From positions 104,598 to 168,597 of the forward strand of contig JBILLK010000024.1 in the NCBI GenBank assembly GCA_044376115.1: a DNA stretch of 64,000 bases, in the 5' to 3' direction. The position numbers were made by a program, and so were the translations under genes. Positions within the stretch are counted from its first letter, which is position 1. Every line of letters starts with the position of its first letter. Origin of the DNA: Polyangiaceae bacterium. GTDB taxonomy: Bacteria > Myxococcota_A > Polyangia > Polyangiales > Polyangiaceae. The notes under the pieces are model-generated. The model was not told the DNA's origin, did not search any database, and was given only the letters and a program-made list of their open reading frames with translations. Below are positions 10,659 to 20,692 of the stretch, in pieces.

Positions 10659-13600
10659 CGACCACCTCGCTTGCGCGCTAGCGCCAACCCGAGCACCGCC
10701 AAGAGCAACCAACCAAACTTGTTGTCCCCGGTCGGGCTCGTTGAACAGCCGCCACCGCCCGTAGCAAGGCCCCAATTGCCCTTGGCCCCGATACCGCCCT
10801 CTCCACCAGAACCACCCTCGCCGCCGCCTGCGCTTTGGCTCGAGCCGGCAGAACCGCCAGCGTTGTTACCACCGGAGAAGGCACCGCCGGTTCCGCTACC
10901 ACCCATTCCGCCTTGCCCGCCACCACCAGCGGCATCGATACACACACCACCCTCGCAGACCTCCCCCGGCTCGCAGACAACGCCATTGCAGCTAATCGGG
11001 AAGCAGAAGCCTTGCTGACACTCAAAGCCGTTGGGGCAAGGGAACTCGCCGGATTGGCAAGGAGCCACACACTGCGCCTCGACGCATTGAGTCTTGCCCG
11101 GGCACGGCGCCAAGTCATCGGCGATGCCGTCACAATCATCGTCCTCACCGTTGCAGATCTCATTACCGGGCCCTTGGAAGCCAATGCACAACGGGCCAGC
11201 GTTGATGCACACCACGGTGCCGAGCTGACAGGGCGCCTGATCATTGGGCGGCGTCAGAACCCCGCATGGCTGACCAAAGATGTCTGGCTGGTTGGTCTCG
11301 ACGTCGCCCTGCTCGTCAATCGCTAGATCGCAATCGTTGTCGAGCCCGTCACAGATCTCGGTCCCGGGAACGCAGTTGGGACACGGCAATGGCAAACCTG
11401 CGTCGTCCTCGTCAACGAGGCCGTCACAGTCGTCGTCCAGCTGATTACAAATCTCCATCCCGGGCACACCACCCGGATTGGTGATTTGGCACTCGGTGCC
11501 ACTGCCATCCGCTTTGCAGACGAACTCGCCGATACCCAGGCAAATACCCAGCTCTCCGTCGGTGCAAGGCAGCCCCTTCTCGGGGAAATCTTCGTCGACC
11601 AGCGTATCGCAATCATCGTCGAGGTCGTTGCACAGCTCGAACTTCTGATTCGCGCCGATGATCGTCGCCAGCGCGTTGGCTAGCTCATTCTCCGACGAAA
11701 CGAAAAAGGCCTGGGTGGTACCGCCCGCAGCGGCGATCGCGTTGAGCTGGGTCTGCTCCGAGGCCAACACCGAGAAGCCGATCACGTAGGTCTGGACCGG
11801 CTTGCCTGAGATACCGGCGAGCAGCGCGGCTGCCGAAGCTACAGGGTTATCACCGCAGCTCTCGGCGCCGTCGGTCAGCAGGATGACCGAGTACGACCGA
11901 CAGTCTTTGGCGGTATCGCAAGACACCACCGGAGTAAGGAAGTCATAGGTCGCTTCGAGCGAGCTACCGAGCGGCGTGGGCCCCGTCCCGCGCAACTCAC
12001 AATTACCCGTGGGGCAGTGGTCGGCAGAGAGGATACCGCTGTCGAACGTGGCGTCGTTGTCCTCGACGCCGTCGAGCCAGTCGAGATAACGATTGATACT
12101 CTCGTTGAAGCCGACGAGAACCTGCGCCCCGCGGCGCGGCGGCCCGCACGAGCCTGCGTAGTTGATGCAATCACTCGTCGGCGGTTCCTCGATCCCTTCG
12201 GCGGCCCAGTCGATGCTGATGTTGCCGGTAAAGGTTGGAGTCGCGGGGTAGCCCGCTCCCGGGTAGATGCTCGAGAGTACGCAGGTATTGTCCGGGTAGT
12301 TCGACGGATAGCCCGGTACAAGGTTGTCGGTCGGGTCGTCGTAGGAACAACAACTCGCAGCACACTCAAAGTTGGAGGCGGTCTGACACGAGCGATTGAC
12401 GCCTACGTCTTGGTAGTAGCGAGCCAACGCAAAGTCGCTCTCCGGGAACGCCGAGAGCACCGAGGTCAGGGCGCGCTTGGCGATGAACAAGCGGCTGTTG
12501 TTGCCCGCAACGCTATCGGCGTCACTGGCGGTATCCACACCGGGAAAGAGCACCGAGCCATCGCCGAAGGTTGGGTTGCCGCCAATGTCGTTGAGCATGG
12601 ACCCGGACGTATCGACGACGAGCGTGAAGCGCGGCCGCGCGTCGGTCGCCTGCACGAGGCACGGCGTTGGGTCGCTGTAGTCGCACAAGAGCGGAACCCC
12701 GCCAGCGCAAGCGTTGATGGTCGAGCCGTCTGGACAGATCTGGACGCCAAGGTTCTCGTCGACCTGGCCGTCGAAGTCGTTGTCGTAGCCGTCACAGACC
12801 TCACCGATGTAGCCGCCGTCGATCTGGAGCTCACCAGCCCCGCCGCCAGCCTCGCCCGCGCAGATGGGGCAGATGCCGCCAGGCGCGCCGCGGACGTTGA
12901 AGATGGCGAGCGGGTCGATATCGGAGGAACGCGACTGGAGGTTGATAATGCCGCCCCCACCGCCGCCGGCACAGTCGTCACAGGTGCCGTTGTTTTGTGT
13001 TCCAACGCACTCGCGTTCGTTCTCGCCTGGATCGAACGGAGAGCACTGATCGGCAGCATCCGCACAAACGTTGCCGAGGTCACCGCCGAGATTTTTGCAG
13101 GTCTGCCCCAACAGGGTTTCGCATTGTGCGTTGCTGGTGCAGGGGGTGCAGTTGCAGGGACCGCAGCGACCAGCTTGGCAAGTCTGCCCCGCCTGGCACT
13201 GGGCGTTGGTGGTGCACGGTAAACACTTGGGCTGAGAGTCTCCACCGCGTCCACCATGAGCGCTGATGCGCGCTGTGGCATCGACAGTGATTTGGTCGGC
13301 GACGATTAGAATGCTTCCGCCGGCACCTCCGCCCGCCGAGTCATTGCCGGAAGAGCAGCCGCGATGGCCGTCCGCGTTGACTTTACCTGCTATTGAGATG
13401 GAACCGTTCTGGGCAGCGTTGGCAGCGAAAAGTACGATACGGCCACCACCGCGGCCAGCCCGCAGGGCGTTGTCGAAGCCATCGCGACAGCCTTTGTCTC
13501 CTCCTGCCGCACCAAACTCTATATCGTAAATACTGTGCTCAAAGGACTGGCCGGCGACGCTTGGCAAGCCGTTACCAGCACCGTTGACGTTGGTGGTGCC

Positions 13601-14233
13601 ATAACAGACGGCGGCGTTGGGGTCGTTGGTTGCAACGCAGGCGTTGCCAGCGGCGTTGAGATTGCCGCAGTCCTCCTCATACTCCTGAGGGAACTGACAA
13701 CTCGTGTTTGGTGCGACCAAAAAGCAGTCTTTGGTACCGCGCCCGCCGTTACCAAAGTGTGCACCTCCGCCGCCTGAGTCGAGCACCGAGCAGCCACCGC
13801 GCCCGCCCGAGAGCCCCGGCCCCTCCCCTTCGTTGCAGACGAACGCGCGATACCCATTGCCCTTGGCCGTTATGCGGCTACTCGCATCGACCACGATGGT
13901 CGTCAGACTCTTGAGCACCAGGTTGCCCGTGTTGACTTCGTCCACGCCGTTGTACGGCGGCACGCAGAGGGTCGCCCCGTTCTGCAACGTGATCGCATCG
14001 AACTCGTGCTCGCCGCCGTAAAGGCAACCGCGATTGGCCGCTGCTGTCGCATTGACCTGGCAGCTCGAATCAACCGGCGTTCCGCCCGGGCAATTGGCGG
14101 GCCCCGCGACCGCCCCGTCGATCGTAAGCGGTACGGCGCTTGCGGTCCCAGAGAACCCAAGCAGCACACCAAGAACCAGCCACGAATACAGGCCTAGCCA
14201 GACAAAACCACGCGCCAGATCGGAAGTTCGCAT
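10655..14233 (-). CDS. large secreted Cys-rich VWA-domain protein with Gly-rich region, CDGxDxDCD repeats and MYXO-CTERM-like tail
   Basis: Signal peptide; MIDAS VDTSGS, TPLG, LLTDG; ~5 C(N/D)xxDxDCD repeats; GGGCS...WLLLAVLGLALARKR tail. Confidence 0.88.
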   Translation of the reverse strand: MRTSDLARGFVWLGLYSWLVLGVLLGFSGTASAVPLTIDGAVAGPANCPGGTPVDSSCQVNATAAANRGCLYGGEHEFDAITLQNGATLCVPPYNGVDEVNTGNLVLKSLTTIVVDASSRITAKGNGYRAFVCNEGEGPGLSGGRGGCSVLDSGGGGAHFGNGGRGTKDCFLVAPNTSCQFPQEYEEDCGNLNAAGNACVATNDPNAAVCYGTTNVNGAGNGLPSVAGQSFEHSIYDIEFGAAGGDKGCRDGFDNALRAGRGGGRIVLFAANAAQNGSISIAGKVNADGHRGCSSGNDSAGGGAGGSILIVADQITVDATARISAHGGRGGDSQPKCLPCTTNAQCQAGQTCQAGRCGPCNCTPCTSNAQCETLLGQTCKNLGGDLGNVCADAADQCSPFDPGENERECVGTQNNGTCDDCAGGGGGGIINLQSRSSDIDPLAIFNVRGAPGGICPICAGEAGGGAGELQIDGGYIGEVCDGYDNDFDGQVDENLGVQICPDGSTINACAGGVPLLCDYSDPTPCLVQATDARPRFTLVVDTSGSMLNDIGGNPTFGDGSVLFPGVDTASDADSVAGNNSRLFIAKRALTSVLSAFPESDFALARYYQDVGVNRSCQTASNFECAASCCSYDDPTDNLVPGYPSNYPDNTCVLSSIYPGAGYPATPTFTGNISIDWAAEGIEEPPTSDCINYAGSCGPPRRGAQVLVGFNESINRYLDWLDGVEDNDATFDSGILSADHCPTGNCELRGTGPTPLGSSLEATYDFLTPVVSCDTAKDCRSYSVILLTDGAESCGDNPVASAAALLAGISGKPVQTYVIGFSVLASEQTQLNAIAAAGGTTQAFFVSSENELANALATIIGANQKFELCNDLDDDCDTLVDEDFPEKGLPCTDGELGICLGIGEFVCKADGSGTECQITNPGGVPGMEICNQLDDDCDGLVDEDDAGLPLPCPNCVPGTEICDGLDNDCDLAIDEQGDVETNQPDIFGQPCGVLTPPNDQAPCQLGTVVCINAGPLCIGFQGPGNEICNGEDDDCDGIADDLAPCPGKTQCVEAQCVAPCQSGEFPCPNGFECQQGFCFPISCNGVVCEPGEVCEGGVCIDAAGGGGQGGMGGSGTGGAFSGGNNAGGSAGSSQSAGGGEGGSGGEGGIGAKGNWGLATGGGGCSTSPTGDNKFGWLLLAVLGLALARKRGGR

Positions 14234-14327
14234 CGGGTTGGAGCTCCTAGCGCGAGGCTATCCGATGTCCGAAGATTTGCGCTCGGTACGCATTCATCGA
14301 ATTGCAAAAACGTGTGAGAATGCACAC

Positions 14328-15281
14328 ATGCGCGCCGCTATAGCTGTTCTCCTGCTCGCCTCCGCTTGTGCCAACGGCGGAACGATCCCACCCGGAGACG
14401 GTGGTGGCAGCAGCTCCTCGGAGGGGACGGGCGCCGCGACGAGTTCGAGTGGTGGCGGGGGAGAGAATGGCACTGGGGCCGGCGTCGCGAACGGAGGTGC
14501 CCCGTCTTCGGGCGGAGGCGGCGCGATCGGCAACGGCGGCTCGGCGGCAGGCGGCGCACCCAGCGGTGGAGGCGGCATGGGTGGCTCCATGCAGGGCCCC
14601 TTCTGTGGGGACGGTCAAACCGAAGGCGCAGAAGAGTGCGACGACCAAGACACCGCCAACGGAGACGGCTGCAGTTCCGCTTGCATCATAGAAGACGGCT
14701 TCACCTGCGCTGGAGAACCCAGCGTCTGTACGCCCGTCGCCACCGAGCAGGTGATCACAGTCGGACCTGGGCTGAACCTCTCGATTCCGGATAACGGTTA
14801 TTCAGGGGCGATCAACTCGATGGCCTGCGCCACGCTCAATGTGCCTTCGGTCGCCAACAACACGATCAGCGCAATCGAGGTCGAGGTCGGAGCGATTCAC
14901 GGCTACGTGGGTGACCTCGTGTTCAAGTTGGTGAGCCCAGCGAATACCGTGATCACCTTGGTGAGTCGCCCCGGAGGCACCGAGCTCCTCGATGACGGCA
15001 GCGAGCTCATCTTCAATGGAGGCGAGCTCGTAGCGAGTAGCCCCATCACCTTCGTTACCGGCGCCGCGACGAGCGCCGAGCAAATGGGCGTCAACACCAG
15101 CGTCATCTGTCTCGACAATGGCATCTGTGACTTCGCGCCGAACAATGGCGCAGCCGCCCCAGGCAATCTCACGACGTTGAACGGTCAATCGGGTGCAGGC
15201 GCGTGGAAGTTCTGCGCAGGTGATAGCGCCGCATCGGACGCGGGGTCGATCGACAAGGTTGTGCTGACGATTGCGCACTGA
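14328..15281 (+). CDS. lipoprotein with myxobacterial Cys-rich repeat (DUF4215-like) and proprotein convertase P-domain
   Basis: LASAC lipobox; CGDG...EECDD...GDGCSSAC; HGYVGDLVFKLVSP...GAWKF..D...D.GSI. Confidence 0.85.
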   Translation: MRAAIAVLLLASACANGGTIPPGDGGGSSSSEGTGAATSSSGGGGENGTGAGVANGGAPSSGGGGAIGNGGSAAGGAPSGGGGMGGSMQGPFCGDGQTEGAEECDDQDTANGDGCSSACIIEDGFTCAGEPSVCTPVATEQVITVGPGLNLSIPDNGYSGAINSMACATLNVPSVANNTISAIEVEVGAIHGYVGDLVFKLVSPANTVITLVSRPGGTELLDDGSELIFNGGELVASSPITFVTGAATSAEQMGVNTSVICLDNGICDFAPNNGAAAPGNLTTLNGQSGAGAWKFCAGDSAASDAGSIDKVVLTIAH

Positions 15282-15298
15282 ACGGCTAGCCTTCGCGC

Positions 15299-16933
15299 AT
15301 GCTGCCGATGACGCATGTGGCCGAGCAACTCGGCCTTACCAGCGATGATCTAATTCCCTTCGGCCGAGACAAGGCCAAGCTCAGCAGCGCGGTGCTCAGC
15401 CGTCCCCGCGCAAGTGAAACGCCAGCCAAATTCATCCTGGTATCGGCCATCACGCCCACCCCCGCTGGCGAGGGCAAAACCACGACGACGATCGGCTTGG
15501 CCGACGCCCTCAGGCTGGCTGGGCATCGAGCAGCGGCGGTGTTGCGTGAGCCCTCGCTGGGGCCGTGTTTCGGCGTGAAGGGCGGCGGCACTGGCGGGGG
15601 TCGCAGCAGGTTGCAACCAACCGACGATATCAACCTTCACTTCACCGGGGACTTCCACGCCATCACCAGCGCACACAACCTGCTGTCCGCGGCGATCGAC
15701 AACGAGCTCCATTTCGGCGGGCAGCTCGGGCTCGACTCAAGGCGCATCGTTTGGAAACGCGCGCTCGACATGAATGATCGCAGCCTGCGTCAGATCAACG
15801 TTGGACTCGGCGGTGACACCGGGGGAATTCCGCGGGAGACGGGCTTCGACATCACGGCGGCCTCGGAGTTGATGGCGATGCTTTGTTTGGCCGACGACGC
15901 GGAGGACCTGCGCGTTCGCATCGACCGCACGCTGATCGGCTTCACGCACAAGGGCGAGCCGGTGCTGGCGGGCAAGCTCGGCGTCACCGGCGCCATGTTG
16001 GCGCTGCTGCGCGATGCGCTTTTGCCCAACCTGGTGCAAACCGAGCATGGCACTCCGGCGATCGTTCATGGCGGCCCGTTCGCAAACATCGCGCACGGTT
16101 GCAACAGCGTGATCGCGACGCGGGCAGGCTTGCAGCTCGCCGATTGGGTAGTAACCGAGGCCGGCTTTGGCTTCGATCTCGGCGCAGAGAAGTTCTTCGA
16201 TATCAAATGCCGTGGAGCCAACGTCGACCCGGACGCGGTGGTGCTCGTAGCAACCATCCGCGCGCTGAAGATGCACGGTGGCGTCGCACTCGATCGCATC
16301 AACGATCCCGATCCCGGCGGGGTTCTGGCGGGGCTACCCAATCTCGAGAAGCACCTCGAGAACGTGGCGCACTTCAACAAGCGGGTCGTCGTCGCCATCA
16401 ATCGCTTTGGCACCGACACCCCCGAGGAGATCGCCGTCGTACAAGAGGCCTGCGCCAAACGCGGCGTGCCGGTCGCGCTGTGTGAGCACTTCGCCCAGGG
16501 CGCCGAGGGCGCAGCTGAGCTCGCGCGCCACGTCGTCGAGCTTACGAGCCAGCCCAAACAGCCTTTCACTCCGCTCTATGAGCTAAGCCAATCGATCGAG
16601 GAGAAGGTCTTAGCAGTGGCTCGCAAGATGTATGGCGCGGAGGCAGTGAGCTTCACCAAGAGCGCCGAGCGTGATCTTCGCGAGATCAAAAAGCTCGGCT
16701 ACGCGCACTTGCCCATCTGCGTAGCGAAGACGCAAAACTCGCTCTCCGACGACCCAAAGCTTCGCGGGCGCCCACAGGGTTTTACCGTCACTGTGCGCAA
16801 CCTTCAGATCAGCGCTGGGGCCGGATTTATCGTGGTCTTGACCGGCGAGATCATGCGTATGCCCGGGCTTCCGCGGGTGCCGCAGGCGGTCAACATCAAC
16901 CTGGTCGACGGGGTGATCGTCGGGCTCAAGTAG
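15299..16933 (+). CDS. fhs: formate--tetrahydrofolate ligase
   Basis: TPAGEGKTTT, LREPSLGP, INLHFTGDFHAI, HGGPFANIAHGCNS, TEAGFGFDLGAEKF. Confidence 0.97.
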   Translation: MLPMTHVAEQLGLTSDDLIPFGRDKAKLSSAVLSRPRASETPAKFILVSAITPTPAGEGKTTTTIGLADALRLAGHRAAAVLREPSLGPCFGVKGGGTGGGRSRLQPTDDINLHFTGDFHAITSAHNLLSAAIDNELHFGGQLGLDSRRIVWKRALDMNDRSLRQINVGLGGDTGGIPRETGFDITAASELMAMLCLADDAEDLRVRIDRTLIGFTHKGEPVLAGKLGVTGAMLALLRDALLPNLVQTEHGTPAIVHGGPFANIAHGCNSVIATRAGLQLADWVVTEAGFGFDLGAEKFFDIKCRGANVDPDAVVLVATIRALKMHGGVALDRINDPDPGGVLAGLPNLEKHLENVAHFNKRVVVAINRFGTDTPEEIAVVQEACAKRGVPVALCEHFAQGAEGAAELARHVVELTSQPKQPFTPLYELSQSIEEKVLAVARKMYGAEAVSFTKSAERDLREIKKLGYAHLPICVAKTQNSLSDDPKLRGRPQGFTVTVRNLQISAGAGFIVVLTGEIMRMPGLPRVPQAVNINLVDGVIVGLK

Positions 16934-16958
16934 GGCTACCTGCCGGGCCTTCGGCGGC

Positions 16959-18341
16959 TCAACGAGCCTTGCGCCGTCGTTGGGAGGCTGCGGCTAACGC
17001 AAGCAGCGAAAGCCAACCGAGGCCACCAGACGATCGCGAAGCGGGTGTTTGCACGGCGCAGCTTGAAGCGCTGGCTTGAGCGTCACCACCACCGTTGCCG
17101 CCGGCGTCGGGACCCGCGCCTTCACCACTCGCGCCGGCTTCTCCCCCCGAGCCGTTCGTGCTTCCGCCGGCTCCGCTCGGATCAGCAACGACCTGAAAGG
17201 TGAACGCTATTGCGTTATCCGGCGGACCAGCCTGATCACCGAACCAAGCCACCGACTCTTCGACCAGACCAAAGTGCTCGGTGTAGGTACCGGGCTCGGT
17301 GGGCGCGACGAAGGTAAGGTCGAAGGTGTAGCTCTCACCGAGGGCGACCGGCGCGGAGACTGCGGCCAGGCGATTGTTGGCGGGCCAGCTAGCGTCGGCG
17401 AACAGGCTCTCGCGATCGCGAGGCTCGGTCGTCGCGAGCTTGGTGGCGGGGCCCCAGGTGGTACCGCCCGTGTTGGTGACCGCGATCGATACCGAGAAGG
17501 ACTCCGAGGCGAGCACCGTCTTGGGCGCCGTCAAAGACTCCACGGAAGCGCCAAAACCTCCCTGACTCGCATAGGCGACGAGGTCTTCGTAGCTGCCCTT
17601 GAATACGTTGGTATCCACGTTGCCGGCGATCCCCGCGACGGAGCCCGAGGAGGTGTATTGCCAGAGCAACCAATCACTCCATTGGTCCGCGATATTGGCG
17701 CACGAGCCGCAGCCCGGCGGGGCTTCCGCGGGAGGCTGGCAAGCATTCGGATATTGAGCGTGCCATAGCGGATAGTCGGCGAAGTCACTGGAGGAGACGT
17801 TGTCCTGCCAAAAGTACTTGCCGGTGTAGATGATCGGCTTCTTACCGGTGCCCGATTCAACGATATCCATCCACGCAGCGATCGAATCGACGATGGCGGC
17901 CTTGTCGGTCAAACCACTCGTGGTCTCTACATCGATGACGACGGGTAGGTCCCCCGGGCCAAGTTTGCCCACCTTATCGACGACAATATTGGCTTGCGCC
18001 ACCGGGTCGTCCCCTGGCTCGAAGTATTGGTACGCACCTCGGATTAACCCCACTTGCTTGATGCCGGCCCAGTTCGCGTCGAACTGCGGGTCCATGAAGT
18101 CAGCGTGGTTGATGCGCGTGATGGCGAAGGAGTAGCCATCCGAGGCGACCGCCTCCCAGTTGATGTTGCCCTGGTAGTAGGACACATCGATGCCGTAAAC
18201 GACCTGCTCGGGAGCACAGACCACGAGTGCGTCCTCGGTCACCGAGACGACCTCGCTCGACTCTGGCAACGACTCTTCGACCTCGCAGCCGTGCGCAGCC
18301 AACGAAACGACGACCATGCTCACGAAGCAGCGGAATCGCAT
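16959..18341 (-). CDS. GH25 lysozyme with Ig-like domain and MYXO-CTERM-like anchor
   Basis: GIDVSYYQG, DVE (DxE), IIYT, WQYTSSG..GI.G.VD; NTGGTTW Ig-like domain; SCA...WLSLLALAAASQRRRK tail. Confidence 0.9.
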   Translation of the reverse strand: MRFRCFVSMVVVSLAAHGCEVEESLPESSEVVSVTEDALVVCAPEQVVYGIDVSYYQGNINWEAVASDGYSFAITRINHADFMDPQFDANWAGIKQVGLIRGAYQYFEPGDDPVAQANIVVDKVGKLGPGDLPVVIDVETTSGLTDKAAIVDSIAAWMDIVESGTGKKPIIYTGKYFWQDNVSSSDFADYPLWHAQYPNACQPPAEAPPGCGSCANIADQWSDWLLWQYTSSGSVAGIAGNVDTNVFKGSYEDLVAYASQGGFGASVESLTAPKTVLASESFSVSIAVTNTGGTTWGPATKLATTEPRDRESLFADASWPANNRLAAVSAPVALGESYTFDLTFVAPTEPGTYTEHFGLVEESVAWFGDQAGPPDNAIAFTFQVVADPSGAGGSTNGSGGEAGASGEGAGPDAGGNGGGDAQASASSCAVQTPASRSSGGLGWLSLLALAAASQRRRKAR

Positions 18342-18442
18342 GCGTTCTATCTCCGCACGGTCGCCTCGAGATCTCAAGGGCGCAAGTGGCTGTCAGAAGG
18401 ACACAACGGCGTGGCCGCATTGGTGTAACGTCGAGTCACCGC

Positions 18443-19831
18443 ATGGCTGACGACAAGCCCAAGGATCGCCCCCCCACCTCCAGGCTCGGCCGCTTGGCCC
18501 GGCTCGCCGCTCTTGCGCCAAAGGGAATGCCGCTGGCGTTCGAAGGCGCCAAGCGGGCGCTCGGGATGCGCAACAAGGACGAGCCGCCGTCGGTTGAAGA
18601 AAAGCGTAAGGTCGCCGCAGACGCCAAAAAGGCTGCTGAAGCGCTGCTCAAGACGCTCGGAGAGATGAAGGGCCTGCCGCTGAAGGTTGGCCAGATGGTG
18701 AGCTACATCGATGGGCTTGCTCCGCCCGGCTACGAAGAGCGCTTCAAGGCCGAACTCAAGAAGCTGCTCGACAAGGCGCCACCGCTATCGCCCGAAGCCG
18801 CGGTCAAAGTCATCACGGAGGAGTTCGGTGCACCGCCGGATCAGGTCTTCGCCGAATGGGAGGCTGAGCCTTTCGCAGCGGCCAGCATCGGGCAGGTGCA
18901 TCGCGCCAAGACGAAGGACGGCGCGACCGTTGCGGTGAAGGTTCAATACCCCGGCATCGACAAGGCGATCGAGGCGGACCTCAAGAGCATCCAGTTTTTT
19001 CAAAGCATGCTCTCGCCGGTGGCGAAGAAGATTCACAGCGCCCAAACGCTGGACGAGATCGGCAAGGTCTTCCGCGAAGAACTCGACTACGGGCTCGAGG
19101 CCTCGCGAGCCGACGCCTTCCGACGCATTCACGAGGGAGACAGCAACGTCGTCATCCCGCGGGTCTTTCACTCGTTGACCACCAAGCGCGTGCTCACCAC
19201 CGAGCTGCTCGGTGGGCAGAGCTACGCGGACTTCGTCGCCTCGGCGTCCCAGGAAGATCGCAACGCGGCGGGGGTGACGATTTGGACCTTCACCTTCAAA
19301 TCGCTGATGCAGTACGGGCACCTCTACGCCGATCCGCATCCGGGCAACTATCGTTTCCTCGGCGGCGGGAAGATCGGCTTCTTGGATTTCGGCTGCATCA
19401 AGCTGCTGCCGCCGGAGCTCGTGATGAGCATGAAGCGCTACATGATCGCGGCGCTCGACGAAGACTGGGTCGAGTTCGATCGAGCCTGCGTCGAAGTGCT
19501 CGGTTACGATCCAGAAGACGAGACGTGGGAGCTTTACCGTGGCTACACGCTCGAGCTGCTCGCCCCGTTGATGTCTCGTGAGATTTGGGTCTGCTCGCAG
19601 GAGAAAGCCCGCGAGACGGTCTCCTATCTTTCGCGCGGTATTCGAAAGATCGCGCTGAAAGACGGTGAACTTCCCAAGCTGCCGAAGGTGCCGAAGATGC
19701 CGCAGGACTTCACGTTCGTGAATCGGCTGCAGTGGGGCCTCGCAAGCGTCATGGCTGGGCTCGGAACTCACGCGCACTTTCGCCCGATGACGGAGCCCTG
19801 GATTCGAAGCCCCGTCTTGCCGGCCCCCTGA
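18443..19831 (+). CDS. AarF/ABC1/UbiB family atypical kinase
   Basis: KVGQ, PFAAASIGQVHRA, VAVKVQYPG, EELDY, ADPHPGN, LDFG. Confidence 0.93.
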   Translation: MADDKPKDRPPTSRLGRLARLAALAPKGMPLAFEGAKRALGMRNKDEPPSVEEKRKVAADAKKAAEALLKTLGEMKGLPLKVGQMVSYIDGLAPPGYEERFKAELKKLLDKAPPLSPEAAVKVITEEFGAPPDQVFAEWEAEPFAAASIGQVHRAKTKDGATVAVKVQYPGIDKAIEADLKSIQFFQSMLSPVAKKIHSAQTLDEIGKVFREELDYGLEASRADAFRRIHEGDSNVVIPRVFHSLTTKRVLTTELLGGQSYADFVASASQEDRNAAGVTIWTFTFKSLMQYGHLYADPHPGNYRFLGGGKIGFLDFGCIKLLPPELVMSMKRYMIAALDEDWVEFDRACVEVLGYDPEDETWELYRGYTLELLAPLMSREIWVCSQEKARETVSYLSRGIRKIALKDGELPKLPKVPKMPQDFTFVNRLQWGLASVMAGLGTHAHFRPMTEPWIRSPVLPAP

Positions 19832-19841
19832 GGGTTGGCCG

Positions 19842-20594
19842 CTAACGGCCCGAGAGGAAGCGGAGCCGTTGGAATAGCGCATCCGGCAGACTGCGCACCC
19901 CCAACATGATCGGCGCCCAAAACCAAGGCACGTACACGTCGTCCGGGCCGCGGTCACGAGCCGCCAAGATCGTCTTCGCTACGTCGTTGGGCTGGGCGAA
20001 GAGAACGTTCTTGCGATGGGAGCGGGTCATCGGCGTATCCACCGGTCCCAGCCGAATGGTCACCACGCGCACACCGCAGGGGGCCAGGCGAGAGCGCACG
20101 CCCTGCAGGTAGATGGCGAGCCCTCCTTTGGCAGCACCGTACGTGTAGTTGCGCGGCCTTCCGCGATCTCCGGCGACCGAGCCGATCACCGTAAGTGAGC
20201 CTTTCTGCTGGCTCTCGAGCAGGTTGGCCAGCGGGATTACGAAAGAGACGACGGACAACAGATTGACGACGAAAGCCTCCTCGGCCGCGGCAAAGGAGCG
20301 TTCAGTTTCCTGCTGATCCGGCAGCAGTCCGTGCGCGATGACGACCGAGTCGATCGAACCCAGCGCGGCTTGCGCCTGCGCGACCACGGTGGCGCTTTGC
20401 TCGAGCTCACGGAAGTCTCCAGCCGTAAAGCCGACGACCGACGCCCCGGCCGCAGCCACGACGGCGCGCAATTTCTCCGGGTCACGACCAACCAGAAAGA
20501 GCCGCTCGCCAAGAGCCGCGCACTCGCTGGCGAGCTCGCTGGCGATGGCTGAGGTTGCACCGATGATCAGCGTATTTTTCACGACGGTGGGCAT
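19842..20594 (-). CDS. short-chain dehydrogenase (DprE2-like subgroup)
   Basis: GATSAIA, SVAGDRGRPRNYTYGAAK (YxxxK), GPVDTPMT. Confidence 0.9.
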   Translation of the reverse strand: MPTVVKNTLIIGATSAIASELASECAALGERLFLVGRDPEKLRAVVAAAGASVVGFTAGDFRELEQSATVVAQAQAALGSIDSVVIAHGLLPDQQETERSFAAAEEAFVVNLLSVVSFVIPLANLLESQQKGSLTVIGSVAGDRGRPRNYTYGAAKGGLAIYLQGVRSRLAPCGVRVVTIRLGPVDTPMTRSHRKNVLFAQPNDVAKTILAARDRGPDDVYVPWFWAPIMLGVRSLPDALFQRLRFLSGR

Positions 20595-20692
20595 ATCGGC
20601 GTCCGCGAAGGTGCACAAGCCAAGGACTTCAAGGAATGTTGTGCTAAGGTTCTGACGAAGGTTAGATTCGACAATCTCGAAGCGTTGTTCCT

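Noticed and set aside
16959..18341. GH25 lysozyme as a prophage endolysin
   Set aside because: No holin, structural or integrase genes nearby; it has host-type export and anchor signals
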